Source: Candidatus Multivorans sp.
GTDB lineage: Bacteria > Acidobacteriota > Thermoanaerobaculia > Multivoradales > Multivoraceae
Direction of reading: 5' to 3'
Length of the DNA: 64,000 nt
Assembly (NCBI GenBank): GCA_965208755.1
Contig: OZ242353.1
Coordinates: 3,866,341-3,930,340, forward strand
Shown here: positions 1 through 10,785 of the stretch, piece by piece
Layout of the letters: each line of letters opens with the position of its first letter
How positions within the stretch are numbered: the stretch's first letter is position 1
Made by a program: the position numbers and the translations under genes
Notes under the pieces: generated by a model
The model's database searches: none
What the model saw: the letters and a program-made list of their open reading frames with translations, nothing else
What the model was told of the DNA's origin: nothing

Positions 1-622
1 GAGCGGCCGCCGAGATCGTGAGGGCCCGAGTACGCGCTTCCGTTCTGTTGCCGGATCCGGACGTTCCCGGCAACTGATAGCCGGCGACGACCAGCAAGAG
101 GACCAGGCTCTCAGGCCGGGTCATGAAGAGCAGCCCCAGGAGGGCGCCGATCAGCCGCGTGTCGGCTTCTTCGACGGTCTTGCGTGCCACGAGGACGACC
201 AGGAAGGCGAACAGACCGCCCTCCAGGCCGTTGGCGGCAACCAGCCAGAAACGGCCATGGACCGCCACCAGGGCGACCGCGGCCAGACAGGCCGCCGGTG
301 AGGCGCCGAGACCCCGCCCCAGCAGGTATGCCTCGCGTAGTGCCAGCAGCGCGAACGACACGCCGAGAGCGAAGGCCGCCGGCTCGACCGGCAGACGCAG
401 CGTTTCGACGAACGCCAGCAGCAGGGTCCACGACAGGCTGGTCACCCCCTCCACGCGCTCGCCGAGGCTGAACACCAGGCCGTTGCCGTCGGCAAGGTGG
501 CGGGCGTAGCGGAAGGTGATGAAGGCGTCGTCGATCGTCCGGATCGGCAGGAACAGCAGGGTAAGCAGCGGCAGGGCTGCCACCGACGCTCCGAGGAGTC
601 GGAGCGTCCCACGATCCGTCAC
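1..622 (-). CDS. Polytopic membrane protein, C-terminally truncated by the window edge. Possibly a GT-C-like glycosyltransferase or polysaccharide-locus membrane protein. N-terminus reads [48 protein letters not shown].
   Basis: Minus-strand frame open across all 618 nt with a strongly hydrophobic, membrane-like translation. GTG start at 620-622 overlaps the flippase stop at 619-621 (GTGA coupling). Not in the ORF track because no stop lies in the window. The listed ORFs 111-431(-) and 123-509(+) are Arg/Pro/Ala low-complexity and are rejected. Confidence 0.5.
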   Translation of the reverse strand, partial: MTDRGTLRLLGASVAALPLLTLLFLPIRTIDDAFITFRYARHLADGNGLVFSLGERVEGVTSLSWTLLLAFVETLRLPVEPAAFALGVSFALLALREAYLLGRGLGASPAACLAAVALVAVHGRFWLVAANGLEGGLFAFLVVLVARKTVEEADTRLIGALLGLLFMTRPESLVLLLVVAGYQLPGTSGSGNRTEARTRALTISAAA

Positions 623-2082
623 GAGGTCGTCCCGATGTCCGCGCTACCCGCGTCCGGCGCCGTCCCCGCCCGGCGGAAGAACCGCCGGTAGTCGGGCAGG
701 AAGCGAAGCAGAAGCACGCCGCCGCCGAGCGCGGCCGCCGCTGCGCTGGTGACGAACCTCGACCAACTGTCCGCCGGCAGCAGAGCCGCCGCGGCGAGGA
801 AGAAGGGCAGCGGCAGAAGATAGACCTGAGCCAGGCTCAGGACCAGCTTTCGTTTCTGTCCCGCGAAGATGCTGAAGATCTTGATCAGCATGAGCAGGCT
901 GCCCAGACGGACGAAGTTCGCCCAGGCCATGCCGATCGGTCCCCATTGGTATGTGAAGAGGATGCCGAGGGCGATCAGGGCCGTCATGTTCAGGACCACG
1001 GTCGTGAGCCACAGCCGGTCCCGGCCCTGCACCTTGAGCGCCTCGCCGCCGGTGGTCGTGAAGACGTCGACGAGCGGTACCAGGCACAGGATGCGCAGCA
1101 ACGGACCGACGTCGGTCCACGTCTCGCCGAACAGCAGGAGGACGACCTTCTCGATGTTGAAGAACAGGAAGTAGGCGGCGAGGACGATCCCGGACAGGAA
1201 GACGAGCGTTCCAAGCCGCAGCGTTTCAGCGAACTCGGCCTCGTCGTGCCGGAACTCGACGAGGGCCGGCAGTAGTGGGCGGACGGTCAGCGTGAGCGGA
1301 ACCAGGAAGGCGAGCCAGTAAGCCTGCGCGTAGTAACCGACGACCTCGCTCGACGAGAAGTACCTGACGATGTAGTAGTCGACGTACGTGAAGACCTGGA
1401 ACGCGACCCAGACTGCGAACAGGTAGCGGCTCGCTCGCAGCAAGGCGGGGATTCGCCGCATGTCCAGGGTCAGCGGAACTCGCCCGCGGGCCCGCCACAG
1501 CAGGAACAGGGCGAAGGCCGCCGAAGACGCCAGCTCGCCGCCGACGAAGGACCAGACGCCTGCGCCGTTTAGCGCCAGCAAAGCTGCCAGGACGCCGAAG
1601 AGCAGTGCACGAAGGACTTCGAAGCCAGCGATCTCGCGGATCAGGAGCCGCCGCTCGAAGTACGTCCGGTAGACCATGATGACCGCGTCGATCACGATCC
1701 AGGCCGACATGGCCCGCAGCACCTGGGGCAGGTCGGGTTCGTAGGAGAAGAGGCCGGCGACGGCGACGAGGATCAGCGACAGCAGGACGCCGACGCCGGC
1801 GCTCCAGGCCAGCACCGTGCCGTAGGACTCGCGCGGGTCCCGCATCAACTGGTGGGTAAGCCCGAGGTCGCGTGCCGCCGAGATGAGCACCACCACGCGT
1901 AGCGCCTGCTCGTAGATCCCGAGCTCCGAGGGCAGAATCAGACGGGCCAGTACGTACCGGGTCCCGAAGGCGATGATCAGCCGGACGAACAGCGTGGCGT
2001 AGGCACTGAACGTGGAGTGCAGCAACCGCTGCTTTGCTCCGACGACCGGAGCGGCCGGATCTTGGTGCGGGCTCTGTTCCAC
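619..2082 (-). CDS. Polysaccharide biosynthesis protein, Wzx-like oligosaccharide flippase (MOP superfamily)
   Basis: 487 aa with about 12 predicted TM segments and a typical flippase hydrophobic profile. GTG start confirmed at 2080-2082. Sits next to GT2 and nucleotide-sugar genes. Confidence 0.7.
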   Translation of the reverse strand: MEQSPHQDPAAPVVGAKQRLLHSTFSAYATLFVRLIIAFGTRYVLARLILPSELGIYEQALRVVVLISAARDLGLTHQLMRDPRESYGTVLAWSAGVGVLLSLILVAVAGLFSYEPDLPQVLRAMSAWIVIDAVIMVYRTYFERRLLIREIAGFEVLRALLFGVLAALLALNGAGVWSFVGGELASSAAFALFLLWRARGRVPLTLDMRRIPALLRASRYLFAVWVAFQVFTYVDYYIVRYFSSSEVVGYYAQAYWLAFLVPLTLTVRPLLPALVEFRHDEAEFAETLRLGTLVFLSGIVLAAYFLFFNIEKVVLLLFGETWTDVGPLLRILCLVPLVDVFTTTGGEALKVQGRDRLWLTTVVLNMTALIALGILFTYQWGPIGMAWANFVRLGSLLMLIKIFSIFAGQKRKLVLSLAQVYLLPLPFFLAAAALLPADSWSRFVTSAAAAALGGGVLLLRFLPDYRRFFRRAGTAPDAGSADIGTTS

Positions 2083-2092
2083 GGGTTACCGG

Positions 2093-3079
2093 CTACAACG
2101 CGAGGCTACGGTAGCGCAGGCAGCCCCGGAGCCGTCCCAGCCGCCAGCCGGCGAGCCAGATCCACCGGCCGCGCTTCGACCTGGACAGGAGTTGCGGACT
2201 GCGCAGTAACAGCGAGCCGAGTCGGAGCAGCCCTGGAAGAGCGGGCAACCGCGGCATGCCGCGCGACCGGTACCGCGTATAGATGTAGACGTTGTACTGA
2301 CCGTACCGGACCGCCTGGCGGAAGGCTCCCCGAAGCGTCGCCGGGAACCGCACATGGACGACCGCATCGGGCGCGAAGACGAGGCTGTAGTCGCCAAGTT
2401 GCAGGCGCCAGCACAGATCGGTGTCCTCCAGCGCAACGTACTCCTCGTCTAAACCGCCGAGCTCATCGAAGACGTGGCGCCGGATCCCGAAGCCGCAGCC
2501 GCCCGCGTGATCGAGGAAGGGCGGGTTCGTGTAGCTGCACAGGCCGTGCTGCTGCGCGGCGTTGCCGTGCAACCGTCGCGCCTGCTCGTCGTTCAAACGC
2601 TCGATCTCGTGGCGGCTCGCCGCCGCCTCGTGGCTCTCCAGCTCGCGTACCAGGCCGTCGATCCAGCCCTCGGCGACTACGTCGTCGGCGTCGCAGAAGA
2701 GAAGGACGTCGCCGGTGGCCGCCGCCGCGGCGACGTTCCTGGCGTGCGCCGGCCCCTGGCGGTCGGCGGCGGGCAGAACGCGCAGGCCGGGCAGCCGGTC
2801 GCGCCAGGACGCGGCCAGGTCCGCGGAGCCGTCGGTCGACCCGTTGTCCGCGACCAGCACCTCGAGGTCGCCCTGCCACGTCTGCCGACTGAGTGCTTCG
2901 AGTTGCGCGCCGAGAGTGCCGGCGGCGTTCAGGCAGGGGATGATGACGCTGACGCGCTCGATCGTGAACGGCCGAGGCCCTGCCTCGTCCTCGGTCACTC
3001 GAGGTAGCCCATCGCCTCGAGCGCCTTGCGCGCGGCCTCGGTGTGTGGCGTGACGTTCTGCGGCGAATCGCGGATCCAC
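2093..3079 (-). CDS. Glycosyltransferase family 2. The true start may be a GTG near 3001, which would avoid the overlap with the sulfatase gene.
   Basis: VSVIIPCLNAAGTLGAQLEALSRQT...LVADNGSTDGS...FCDADD motifs (GT-A fold with DxD). Confidence 0.8.
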   Translation of the reverse strand: MDPRFAAERHATHRGRAQGARGDGLPRVTEDEAGPRPFTIERVSVIIPCLNAAGTLGAQLEALSRQTWQGDLEVLVADNGSTDGSADLAASWRDRLPGLRVLPAADRQGPAHARNVAAAAATGDVLLFCDADDVVAEGWIDGLVRELESHEAAASRHEIERLNDEQARRLHGNAAQQHGLCSYTNPPFLDHAGGCGFGIRRHVFDELGGLDEEYVALEDTDLCWRLQLGDYSLVFAPDAVVHVRFPATLRGAFRQAVRYGQYNVYIYTRYRSRGMPRLPALPGLLRLGSLLLRSPQLLSRSKRGRWIWLAGWRLGRLRGCLRYRSLAL

Positions 3080-4443
3080 CTGCTCAGCCGTCGGCCGAGC
3101 CGGTCCCTGACCTCCGGAAACTCGGAGGCCACGTCTCTGAGTTGCAGCGGATCGGACGGCAGGTGGTAGAGCTCGATCGTCGGCTTCTCACGGTCCCGGT
3201 TCGGCGGACGCAGGACGAGTTGCCACTCGCCGTCCTGAATGCTCCGCAGGTGACGCTGGTAGGCCCCGGCATCGGCGAAAGCGATTGGATCCGTAACGGC
3301 GCCGGTTTCGGCTTCGTCGGCCTGCGGCTGCCCCCGCAGCAGAGGCGTCCAGCTGCGGCCCTCGAAGCCCTCGGGCATCGGTTCTCCCAGCAGCTCGACC
3401 AGGGTGGGGAAGAGGCCGATCAACTCGACCGGCTGCTCGACGCGTGCGCCCGTGTCGACCCAGGGTTCGCCGACGACGACCAGCGGCACGTGGACGCTGC
3501 TGTTGTAGGGCACCGGACCATGTTCGAAAGGCACTCCGTGCTCGTTCAGCTCCTCGCCGTGGTCGGCGGTCAGCACGAAGAGGCTCCCGTCGTCCATTCC
3601 GAGTTCCCCGATCTGGTCCAGGATGGCGCCGATCGCGCGATCCGTGACCCAGACGTTCGCGTCGTACTGGGCAACGTAGTAGCGGAGTTCCCGCTGGTCG
3701 CCGAGCGCACGCCCCTCGGCGCCCGTCAAGTCGACGATTTCGTCGCCGACATAGTGCTCGTCGTCCAGAAACGGATTCCCGGTTCCGGGCTGGAGCAGGT
3801 AAGGCACGTGCGGGTCGGTGTAATGCAGCCAGACGAACAGCCGCTCCTCGGAGGCCAGCGAGGCGAGCAGCGGCGCCGCCAGTTCGTTCACGCGGTCGGC
3901 CCACACGTGGCGCCGGAACGCCATCGGCCGCTGCTCGACCGGGAGTTCGTCGACGGCATCGAGGGTCGCCTGGTCGACCCAGGTCTGCTCGTAGCGGTCG
4001 AAGCCGCGGCCCCAACCGAGTTCCCGGCTCAGCACGGGGTTGGAGATCACGGCCGCCGTCGTGAAGCCGCGTTCCTGGAACCAGCCCGGCAAAGCGACAT
4101 AGGACTCTGGAATCGTCTGCGCGGCGTCATGTATCAGCCCGGTCGTGTGCGGGTAGAGGCTGGTGAACATCGAAGCGAAGGACGGTCCCGTCTTCGGCCA
4201 CTGGACGATCGCCCGCTCGAAGACGACACCGCGCTCGACCCACTCGTCGAGCCGCGGACTCGTGTCCCGGGGATAGCCATGCCAGCCCAGGTGATCAGCG
4301 CGCAGCGTGTCGACCGTGATCAGGAAGACGCGCCGCGGCGCTTCGGCTGCGGACTCGAGCGCCGGCTCAGTGCCAGTGCCGCAGGCCAGGGCCAGCGCTG
4401 CAAGTGGCAGGAGGGCCAGCGCTTGCAGGCGGCAACATCGCAT
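2995..4443 (-). CDS. Sulfatase-like hydrolase/transferase of the alkaline-phosphatase superfamily, predicted lipoprotein. The ORF track extends it to 4677, but the probable start is the Met at 4443.
   Basis: VFLITVDTLRADHLGWHGY N-terminal sulfatase motif. Signal peptide with lipobox LALACGTG starts at MRCCRLQALALLPLAALA. A canonical formylglycine C-x-P-x-R motif is not obvious, so true sulfatase activity is uncertain. Confidence 0.7.
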   Translation of the reverse strand: MRCCRLQALALLPLAALALACGTGTEPALESAAEAPRRVFLITVDTLRADHLGWHGYPRDTSPRLDEWVERGVVFERAIVQWPKTGPSFASMFTSLYPHTTGLIHDAAQTIPESYVALPGWFQERGFTTAAVISNPVLSRELGWGRGFDRYEQTWVDQATLDAVDELPVEQRPMAFRRHVWADRVNELAAPLLASLASEERLFVWLHYTDPHVPYLLQPGTGNPFLDDEHYVGDEIVDLTGAEGRALGDQRELRYYVAQYDANVWVTDRAIGAILDQIGELGMDDGSLFVLTADHGEELNEHGVPFEHGPVPYNSSVHVPLVVVGEPWVDTGARVEQPVELIGLFPTLVELLGEPMPEGFEGRSWTPLLRGQPQADEAETGAVTDPIAFADAGAYQRHLRSIQDGEWQLVLRPPNRDREKPTIELYHLPSDPLQLRDVASEFPEVRDRLGRRLSRWIRDSPQNVTPHTEAARKALEAMGYLE

Positions 4444-4497
4444 GGCTTCCTGCAGGAGACTAGCACTGGCCCGGACGCTAGAGTCCTCCGCGCGACC

Positions 4498-6972
4498 ATG
4501 ACTCCAACCGTCGTGCCAGGCCCTGTAGCGGAACCGGAGTTGCCGCGCCGCGCGAGCGTGATCGTGATCGGCGGTGGCGTGATCGGTTGCTCGGTCGCCT
4601 ACCACCTCGCACGCTCGGGGTGCTCCGATGTGCTGCTGCTCGAGCGCCGGCAGATCACTTCCGGCACCACCTGGCATGCCGCCGGCCTGCTCGGTCAGTT
4701 GCGGCAGTCGGTCACGATGACGAACCTCGCTCGCTACACGAGCGAGCTCTACGCCCGCCTCGAGCAGGAGACGGGACAGTCGACTGGCTATCGCCGCTGC
4801 GGCTCCTTCTCGGTCACCGCCGACCCCGAGCGGTTCGAGGAACTCAGGCGCGCGGCTTCACTGGCGAAGGTGCTCGGGCTGCCGGTCAATGTGGTGACGG
4901 CGAAGACGATCGGGGAGCGGGTGCCGCTGCTTGAGACGTCCGACCTGCTCGGCGGACTGCACATCCCCGGCGACGGCTACGCGAGTCCGACGGACGTCAC
5001 CCTGGCGCTGGCCGCGGGCGCCCGCTCCGCCGGCGCCCGGATCGTCGAGCAGGTGCCGGTGATCTCCGTTCGCACCGCCGGGGGACGCGTCATGGGCGTC
5101 GCGACGGAGCAGGGTGACGTCGATGCGGACTGCGTCGTCCTCTGCGCCGGCATGTGGACCCGGGAGCTGGCCGCATCGATCGGCGTCAACGTCCCGCTGC
5201 ACGCCTGCGAGCACTACTACGTGCGGTTCGACGATGTCGAGGGACTCGATGCGAACCTGCCCGTCGTGCGGGACTACGACGCCATCTCGTACTTCAGGTG
5301 CGACGCGGACAAGCTGATCGTCGGCGTCTTCGAGCCGAACGCGCGGCCCTGGGGCATGGACGGCATTCCCGAGGACTTCTGCTTCGACGAGATCGCCGCC
5401 AACCGCGAGCATTTCGAGCCGTTGCTCCGCGGCGCCAGGGAGCGGATGCCGGCACTCCAGTCGGCCGAGGTCCTGCAGCTCTTCTGCGGCCCGGAGAGCT
5501 TCACGCCGGACGTCCGCTACCACGTCGGCCCGGCCCCCGAGTGCGAGAACTGCTTCGTCGCGGCCGGCCTGAACTCGATCGGAATCCAGTCCGCGGGCGG
5601 GATCGGCAAGGTCGTTGCCGAGTGGATTCTCGAAGGGCATCCGCCGGCCGACCTCTGGGAAGCGGACGTGCGCCGCAACATGCCCTTCCAGGGCAACCGC
5701 AGGTACCTGCGCGAGCGGGTCTCCGAGAGTCTGGGCCTGCTCTACGCCATGCACTACCCGTATCGCCAGTTCGAGACGGCGAGGGGCGTGCGCCGGTCAC
5801 CGCTCTACGACCGGCTGGAGGCAGCCGGCGCCTGCCACGGGGAACTCGCCGGCTGGGAGCGCCCGAACTGGTTCGCGCCGGCCGGCGTGCCGGCCCGCTA
5901 CGAGTACAGCTACGGGCGCCAGAACTGGTTCGAGTACTCGGCCGCCGAACATCGGGCCGTGCGCGAAAACGTGGGACTGTTCGACCAGTCGTCGTTCGCG
6001 AAGTTCCGCCTGGAGGGCCGGGATGCGGCCAGGGTGCTCAACCGGGTCTGCGCCAACGACGTCGACGTGCCGCCCGGCCGCATCGTCTACACCCAATGGC
6101 TCAACGAGCGCGGCGGCATCGAGGCGGATCTCACGGTGACGCGCCTGGCGGAAGACAGTTTCCTCGTCGTCACCGCCGTCACCTCCGAGGTGCGGGACTT
6201 TCACTGGCTCAAGGGCCACACTCCGGACGACGCGCACTGCGTGTTGACGAACGTGACCTCGGCGATGGGCGTGATCTCCCTGATGGGCCCGGCTTCCCGC
6301 GCGCTGCTGCAGTCCCTCACGCCGGCGAACCTGGCCAACGAGGCGTTCCCGTTCGCGACCAGCCGCGAGATCGAACTGGGCTACGGCCTGGTTCGGGCAT
6401 CGCGCATCACCTACGTCGGCGAACTCGGCTGGGAGCTCTACGTTCCCACGGAGTTCGTGGCCGGCGTGTACGACGAGATCGTGGCTGCCGGCGAGGCCTT
6501 CGACCTCGTGCACGCCGGCTACCACGCCCTGGACTCGCTGCGCATCGAGAAGGCCTATCGCCACTGGGGCCACGACATCACCGATCAGGACTCGCCGCTC
6601 GAAGCGGGCCTCGGGTTCGCCGTCAGGTTCGGCAAGGCGGGCGGCTTCATCGGGCGCGAGGCGCTGCTCAGGGAGAAGGAGAGCGGCATCGCGAAGCGCC
6701 TGATCCAGTTCAGGCTCCGGGATCCGCGGCCGCTGCTCTACCACTACGAACCGATCTGGCTCGGGGACAAAATCGCGGGCTACGTCACTTCTGGGAACTA
6801 TGGCCACAGCCTCGGAGCGGCCGTCGGTCTCGGCTACGTCCCCATGTCGCTGTTGCCGGACTTCCCCAAACTGCCCGGTGGCTTCGAGATCGAGGTCGCG
6901 GGCGTTCGCGTCCCGGCCGAGGCTTCCCTCAGACCCATGTACGACCCTGGCGGCAAGCGCGTTCGCAACTGA
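4498..6972 (+). CDS. FAD-dependent oxidoreductase fused to a GcvT-like aminomethyltransferase domain (dimethylglycine/sarcosine dehydrogenase family)
   Basis: The start MTPTVVPG...VIVIGGGVIGCSVAYHL is a Rossmann FAD motif, followed by a C-terminal folate-binding GcvT-like domain. About 824 aa. The 1309-aa track ORF 3043-6972 is a run-on of this frame. Confidence 0.75.
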   Translation: MTPTVVPGPVAEPELPRRASVIVIGGGVIGCSVAYHLARSGCSDVLLLERRQITSGTTWHAAGLLGQLRQSVTMTNLARYTSELYARLEQETGQSTGYRRCGSFSVTADPERFEELRRAASLAKVLGLPVNVVTAKTIGERVPLLETSDLLGGLHIPGDGYASPTDVTLALAAGARSAGARIVEQVPVISVRTAGGRVMGVATEQGDVDADCVVLCAGMWTRELAASIGVNVPLHACEHYYVRFDDVEGLDANLPVVRDYDAISYFRCDADKLIVGVFEPNARPWGMDGIPEDFCFDEIAANREHFEPLLRGARERMPALQSAEVLQLFCGPESFTPDVRYHVGPAPECENCFVAAGLNSIGIQSAGGIGKVVAEWILEGHPPADLWEADVRRNMPFQGNRRYLRERVSESLGLLYAMHYPYRQFETARGVRRSPLYDRLEAAGACHGELAGWERPNWFAPAGVPARYEYSYGRQNWFEYSAAEHRAVRENVGLFDQSSFAKFRLEGRDAARVLNRVCANDVDVPPGRIVYTQWLNERGGIEADLTVTRLAEDSFLVVTAVTSEVRDFHWLKGHTPDDAHCVLTNVTSAMGVISLMGPASRALLQSLTPANLANEAFPFATSREIELGYGLVRASRITYVGELGWELYVPTEFVAGVYDEIVAAGEAFDLVHAGYHALDSLRIEKAYRHWGHDITDQDSPLEAGLGFAVRFGKAGGFIGREALLREKESGIAKRLIQFRLRDPRPLLYHYEPIWLGDKIAGYVTSGNYGHSLGAAVGLGYVPMSLLPDFPKLPGGFEIEVAGVRVPAEASLRPMYDPGGKRVRN

Positions 6973-7024
6973 AAGGGAGTAGGCTGGCCGCACGGCGAGC
7001 CAAGCGCCGACGATCGAGCCAACG

Positions 7025-8236
7025 ATGCACTCCCGACCTTCCCAGGCCGTGATCCTGGCCGGCGGCCGGGGCACCCGCCTGGCGCCCCTGACGGACACGC
7101 TGCCCAAGGCGCTGATTCCGTTCCACGGCAAGCCGTTCCTCGGCCACGTGATCGACATGCTGCGCGAACAGGGCTTCGAGCGCGTCCTGCTGCTGCTCGG
7201 CTATCGCGCGGAGGCGATGATCGACCACTTCGGCGACGGCTCGGCCTACGGTGTCGAGATCAGCCACCGGGTGACGGCGCCGGATGACCTGACGGCGCAC
7301 CGGGTCAAGGACGCGGCCGGCGAACTGGACGACCTGTTTCTGCTCCTCTACTGCGACAACTACTGGCCGATGCAGTTCGACCGGATGTGGCGCGCCTACG
7401 TCGACTCCGGGGCGGCGGCCCAGATCACCGTCTACGCGAACCGCGACGGCTACACCCGCGACAGCGTGATCGTGGGCGACGATGGCTTCGTCACCGTCTT
7501 CGACCGCGGCCGGACGACGCCGGGGCTCCGCGGAGTCGAGATCAGCTACGCGATCCTCAAGAAGTCGGCGGTGCTGCCGCTCCTGCCGGATCACCAGGAG
7601 CTGTTCGAGGAGGCGGTCTATCCGGCACTGACTGCCCGGGGCGAACTCCACGCCTATTGGAGCGAGCACCGCTACTACAGCGTCGGCGGCCACGAACGGT
7701 TGCCGCTGACCGAGGCGTTCTTCGCCCGCACGCCGACGATCATCCTGGACCGCGACGGCGTCCTCAACGTGCGCCCGCCGCGGGCGGAGTACGTCTGCAC
7801 GCCTGACGAGCTGCTCTGGCTGCCGGGCGCCCGCGAGGCGCTCGCCGCCTTCAACCGGGCCGGTTGGCGGGTGCTCGTCGTGTCGAACCAGCCCGGAGTC
7901 GCCCGTTGCCGCATGACGCTGGACGACCTGGCGGCGGTGCATCGACGCCTGTGCGGCGAGGCCGAGGCCGCGGGCGGGCGGATCGACCGCATCTACTTCT
8001 GTCCTCACGGCTGGGACGAGGGTTGCGACTGCCGCAAGCCGGCGCCGGGAATGCTCTTCCAGGCTCAGCGCGATCACCACCTCGACCTGACCAGGACGAC
8101 GTTCCTGGGCGACGATGAGCGCGACGGCCAGGCAGCGGACGCGGCGGGCTGCCCGTTCGGCCTGGTCACCGAGAGCGAACCGCTGCTCGCGCACGCCGAG
8201 CGGCTGCTGGCCTTGCGAACGGCGGCGGCGGGATGA
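7025..8236 (+). CDS. Bifunctional sugar-1-phosphate nucleotidyltransferase / HAD-IIIA phosphatase. Resembles a fusion of D-glycero-D-manno-heptose-1-phosphate guanylyltransferase HddC with D,D-heptose bisphosphate phosphatase GmhB.
   Basis: N-terminus [16 protein letters not shown]...KALIPF is the nucleotidyltransferase G-x-G-T-R motif. C-terminus [10 protein letters not shown]...VVSNQ...[14 protein letters not shown] is a GmhB/histidinol-phosphatase HAD motif with a Zn-binding Cys cluster. Confidence 0.8.
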   Translation: MHSRPSQAVILAGGRGTRLAPLTDTLPKALIPFHGKPFLGHVIDMLREQGFERVLLLLGYRAEAMIDHFGDGSAYGVEISHRVTAPDDLTAHRVKDAAGELDDLFLLLYCDNYWPMQFDRMWRAYVDSGAAAQITVYANRDGYTRDSVIVGDDGFVTVFDRGRTTPGLRGVEISYAILKKSAVLPLLPDHQELFEEAVYPALTARGELHAYWSEHRYYSVGGHERLPLTEAFFARTPTIILDRDGVLNVRPPRAEYVCTPDELLWLPGAREALAAFNRAGWRVLVVSNQPGVARCRMTLDDLAAVHRRLCGEAEAAGGRIDRIYFCPHGWDEGCDCRKPAPGMLFQAQRDHHLDLTRTTFLGDDERDGQAADAAGCPFGLVTESEPLLAHAERLLALRTAAAG

Positions 8237-9309
8237 GTACGGCCTTCGTTCGCCGTCCGGTCCTGGTGACGGGGCATCGCGGCTATCTCGGCTCGGTCAT
8301 GGCGCCGTTCCTGATGGAGCGAGGCTACGACGTCGTCGGGCTCGATACCGGCTACTTCGACGACTGCACGATCACGGCGGACCCGGTGCCGATCCCATCG
8401 ATCCGCAGGGACATCCGGGATCTCGAGCCGGCCGACCTGCGCGCGTTCTACGCGGTGATCCACCTCGCCGCCCTCTCGAACGACCCGATCGGCAACCTGG
8501 ATGAGAACTGGACCGAGGAGATCAACCACGGTTCGTCCGTGCGGCTTGCCGAGCTGGCGCGCGAGGCCGAGGTGCGTCGCTTCCTGTTCTCGTCTTCGTG
8601 CATCATGTACGGCCAGTCCAGCACGGAAACCGTGGACGAAACCTCGCCGCTCGACCCACGGACCCTGTACGCGCGTTCCAAGGTCCGGAGCGAGGAGGCG
8701 ATCCGGGAGCTGGCGCAGGACGGTTTCTCGCCGACCTTCCTGCGCAACGGTACCGTGTACGGCCTGTCGCCGCGGATGCGCTTCGACACGGTACTGAACG
8801 ATCTGACCGGAGCCGCCTTCGCCAACCGGCGAGTCGTCGTCTACGGCGACGGCAAGCCGTGGCGGCCGGTCGTCCACGTGGAGGATGTGGCGGCGGCGTT
8901 CGGCCGCGTGCTCGAAGCGCCGCTCTCGCTGGTTCACAACGAGGCCTTCAACACCGGCGCCGACCACCTGAACCACCGCGTGATCGAACTCGCGGAGATC
9001 GCGGCCGACCTCGTGCCCGGCTGCGAGATCGAGGTGCGAGGCGAGCCCGGCGCCGACCAGCGCACCTACCGCGCTTCGTTCGAGAAGTTCGCCAGTGCCT
9101 TCCCGGACTTCGAGTTCCGCGACGCTGCCGGCGGCGCGAAGCAGCTGATCGAGGGCTATCGCAGCGTCGGCCTCGATGCGGCGCTCTACGGCGACGCACG
9201 CTTCGTTCGGCTGCGCTGGCTCAACCGGCTGCTCGACTCGGGACGGCTGGACGGCTCTCTGCGCTGGAAGGCCAGCGGCGAAGAGACAGAACGGGAGGAG
9301 AAGGGATGA
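8233..9309 (+). CDS. NAD-dependent epimerase/dehydratase (extended SDR family)
   Basis: [12 protein letters not shown] glycine-rich NAD motif and YARSK catalytic YxxxK. ATGA overlap with the upstream gene. Confidence 0.8.
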   Translation: MSTAFVRRPVLVTGHRGYLGSVMAPFLMERGYDVVGLDTGYFDDCTITADPVPIPSIRRDIRDLEPADLRAFYAVIHLAALSNDPIGNLDENWTEEINHGSSVRLAELAREAEVRRFLFSSSCIMYGQSSTETVDETSPLDPRTLYARSKVRSEEAIRELAQDGFSPTFLRNGTVYGLSPRMRFDTVLNDLTGAAFANRRVVVYGDGKPWRPVVHVEDVAAAFGRVLEAPLSLVHNEAFNTGADHLNHRVIELAEIAADLVPGCEIEVRGEPGADQRTYRASFEKFASAFPDFEFRDAAGGAKQLIEGYRSVGLDAALYGDARFVRLRWLNRLLDSGRLDGSLRWKASGEETEREEKG

Positions 9310-9755
9310 TCCACGGCGTCAAGGTGGTTCCGCTTCGTCAGATCGTCGACGAGCGGGGCAAGATCATGCACATGCTGAAGGCCACCGATGAACACTTCCT
9401 CGGCTTCGGCGAGATCTACTTCTCGACCGCGTGGCCGGGGACGATCAAGGCCTGGCACATCCACCGGTCGATGACCGTCAACAACGCGGTGATCAGCGGC
9501 CGGGCCAAGCTCGTGATGTACGACCTGCGTGAGGACTCGCCGACCCACGGCGAGCTCCAGGAGGTCTTCTTCGGTGAGGACAACTACGTCCTGGTCCAGA
9601 TCCCGCCGGGGATCGCGAACGGCTACAAGGCGTACGGCGACACGCAGGTGATCATGGCGAACGCCGCCACCGAGCCGCACGACCCCGACGAGATGGACCG
9701 GCTCGATCCGCTCACCGACCGGATCCCCTACGACTGGGCGCTCCAGCACGGCTGA
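9306..9755 (+). CDS. RmlC-like cupin sugar epimerase (dTDP-4-dehydrorhamnose 3,5-epimerase-like / GDP-heptose C3,C5-epimerase-like)
   Basis: About 150 aa with a cupin-like pattern (KAWHIHRS..., [16 protein letters not shown]). ATGA overlap with the SDR gene. Family-level call only. Confidence 0.55.
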   Translation: MIHGVKVVPLRQIVDERGKIMHMLKATDEHFLGFGEIYFSTAWPGTIKAWHIHRSMTVNNAVISGRAKLVMYDLREDSPTHGELQEVFFGEDNYVLVQIPPGIANGYKAYGDTQVIMANAATEPHDPDEMDRLDPLTDRIPYDWALQHG

Positions 9756-9777
9756 GGCGACGGGGATCCTCGCTGAC

Positions 9778-10785
9778 GTGGACGCATCGCGCCTGATCGT
9801 GACCCGTACGCCGCTCAGGGTGTCCCTGGTGGGCGGAGGCACCGACCTGCCGGCGTTCTACCGGCGCGAGGGCGGCGCCGTGCTCTCGACCACCATCGAC
9901 CGCTACGTCTACGTCACGGTGAAGCGGCACAGCGAGTTGTTCTTCGAGCCGGTCCGCGTCAACTACTCCCGGAGCGAGCAGGTCGAGCGGATCGACGAAC
10001 TGGACAACAACATTGCCCGCGAGTGCCTGCGCTTCGTGGGCATCGACCCGCCGGTCTACATCTCGACGGTCGGCGACGTGCCGGCGTCCACCGGCCTCGG
10101 CGGTTCGAGCGCCTTCGCCGTCGGCCTGCTGAACGCGCTGCACTCGTACAAGGGCGAGCGCGCGTCGGCGGGTCAGTTGGCGGAGGAGGCCTGCCACATC
10201 GAGATCGACGTCCTGGGTGCGCGGATCGGCAAGCAGGATCAGTACGCCGCGGCCTACGGCGGACTCAACCTGCTGTCGTTCAAGCGGGACGGCGGGGTGA
10301 CGGTCGAGCACTTGCGGATCCCCGGCGACCGTCTGCGCGAGCTGTTTCGTTCGGTGCTCATGTTCTGGACCGGACACCAGCGGGACGCGAGCGCGGTGCT
10401 CTCGGAGCAGGACGACCGCACCGAGCTGAACCTGGAATCGCTGCGCCGGATGCGGGACCAGGCGAGCGACCTGCACCGGGATCTCGGCGCCGGCGACATC
10501 GATGTCGAGGGCATTGGCCGGCTCCTCGACGAGGGCTGGCGGATGAAGCGGGAACTCGCCGGATCCATCACGACGCCGTTGATCGACGGCTGGTACGACG
10601 CGGCGATCGCGGCCGGCGCCCTGGGAGGCAAGCTCTGCGGCGCCGGCGGCGGCGGGTTCCTGCTGTTCGTCGTGCCGCCCGATCGGCAGGCCGCGGTCCG
10701 CGCGGCGCTGACCGACCTGTACGAGTTGCCCGTAGGCCACGAGTCCCACGGCTCGCAGCTCGTCGCTCCGTTCCACCATGGCTAG
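9778..10785 (+). CDS. GHMP kinase, D-glycero-D-manno-heptose 7-phosphate kinase (HddA)-like
   Basis: RTPLRVSLVGGGTDLPAFY N-terminus and PASTGLGGSSAFAVGL GHMP ATP-binding motif. Confidence 0.8.
   Translation: MDASRLIVTRTPLRVSLVGGGTDLPAFYRREGGAVLSTTIDRYVYVTVKRHSELFFEPVRVNYSRSEQVERIDELDNNIARECLRFVGIDPPVYISTVGDVPASTGLGGSSAFAVGLLNALHSYKGERASAGQLAEEACHIEIDVLGARIGKQDQYAAAYGGLNLLSFKRDGGVTVEHLRIPGDRLRELFRSVLMFWTGHQRDASAVLSEQDDRTELNLESLRRMRDQASDLHRDLGAGDIDVEGIGRLLDEGWRMKRELAGSITTPLIDGWYDAAIAAGALGGKLCGAGGGGFLLFVVPPDRQAAVRAALTDLYELPVGHESHGSQLVAPFHHG

Noticed and set aside
111-509. Track ORFs 111-431(-) and 123-509(+)
   Set aside because: Both are Arg/Ala/Pro low-complexity. A different minus-strand frame gives a continuous, membrane-like protein translationally coupled to the flippase.
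3043-6972. 1309-aa plus-strand ORF and many other long overlapping ORFs with Arg/Pro/Ala/Gly-rich translations (e.g. 2017-2892, 5154-7052, 9712-10974, 25634-27382, 29647-31560, 36019-38703)
   Set aside because: High GC leaves long stop-free frames. The translations are low-complexity and overlap well-supported genes on the other strand or frame. Only the portion from 4498 (MTPTVVPG...) is taken as the real DMGDH-like gene.
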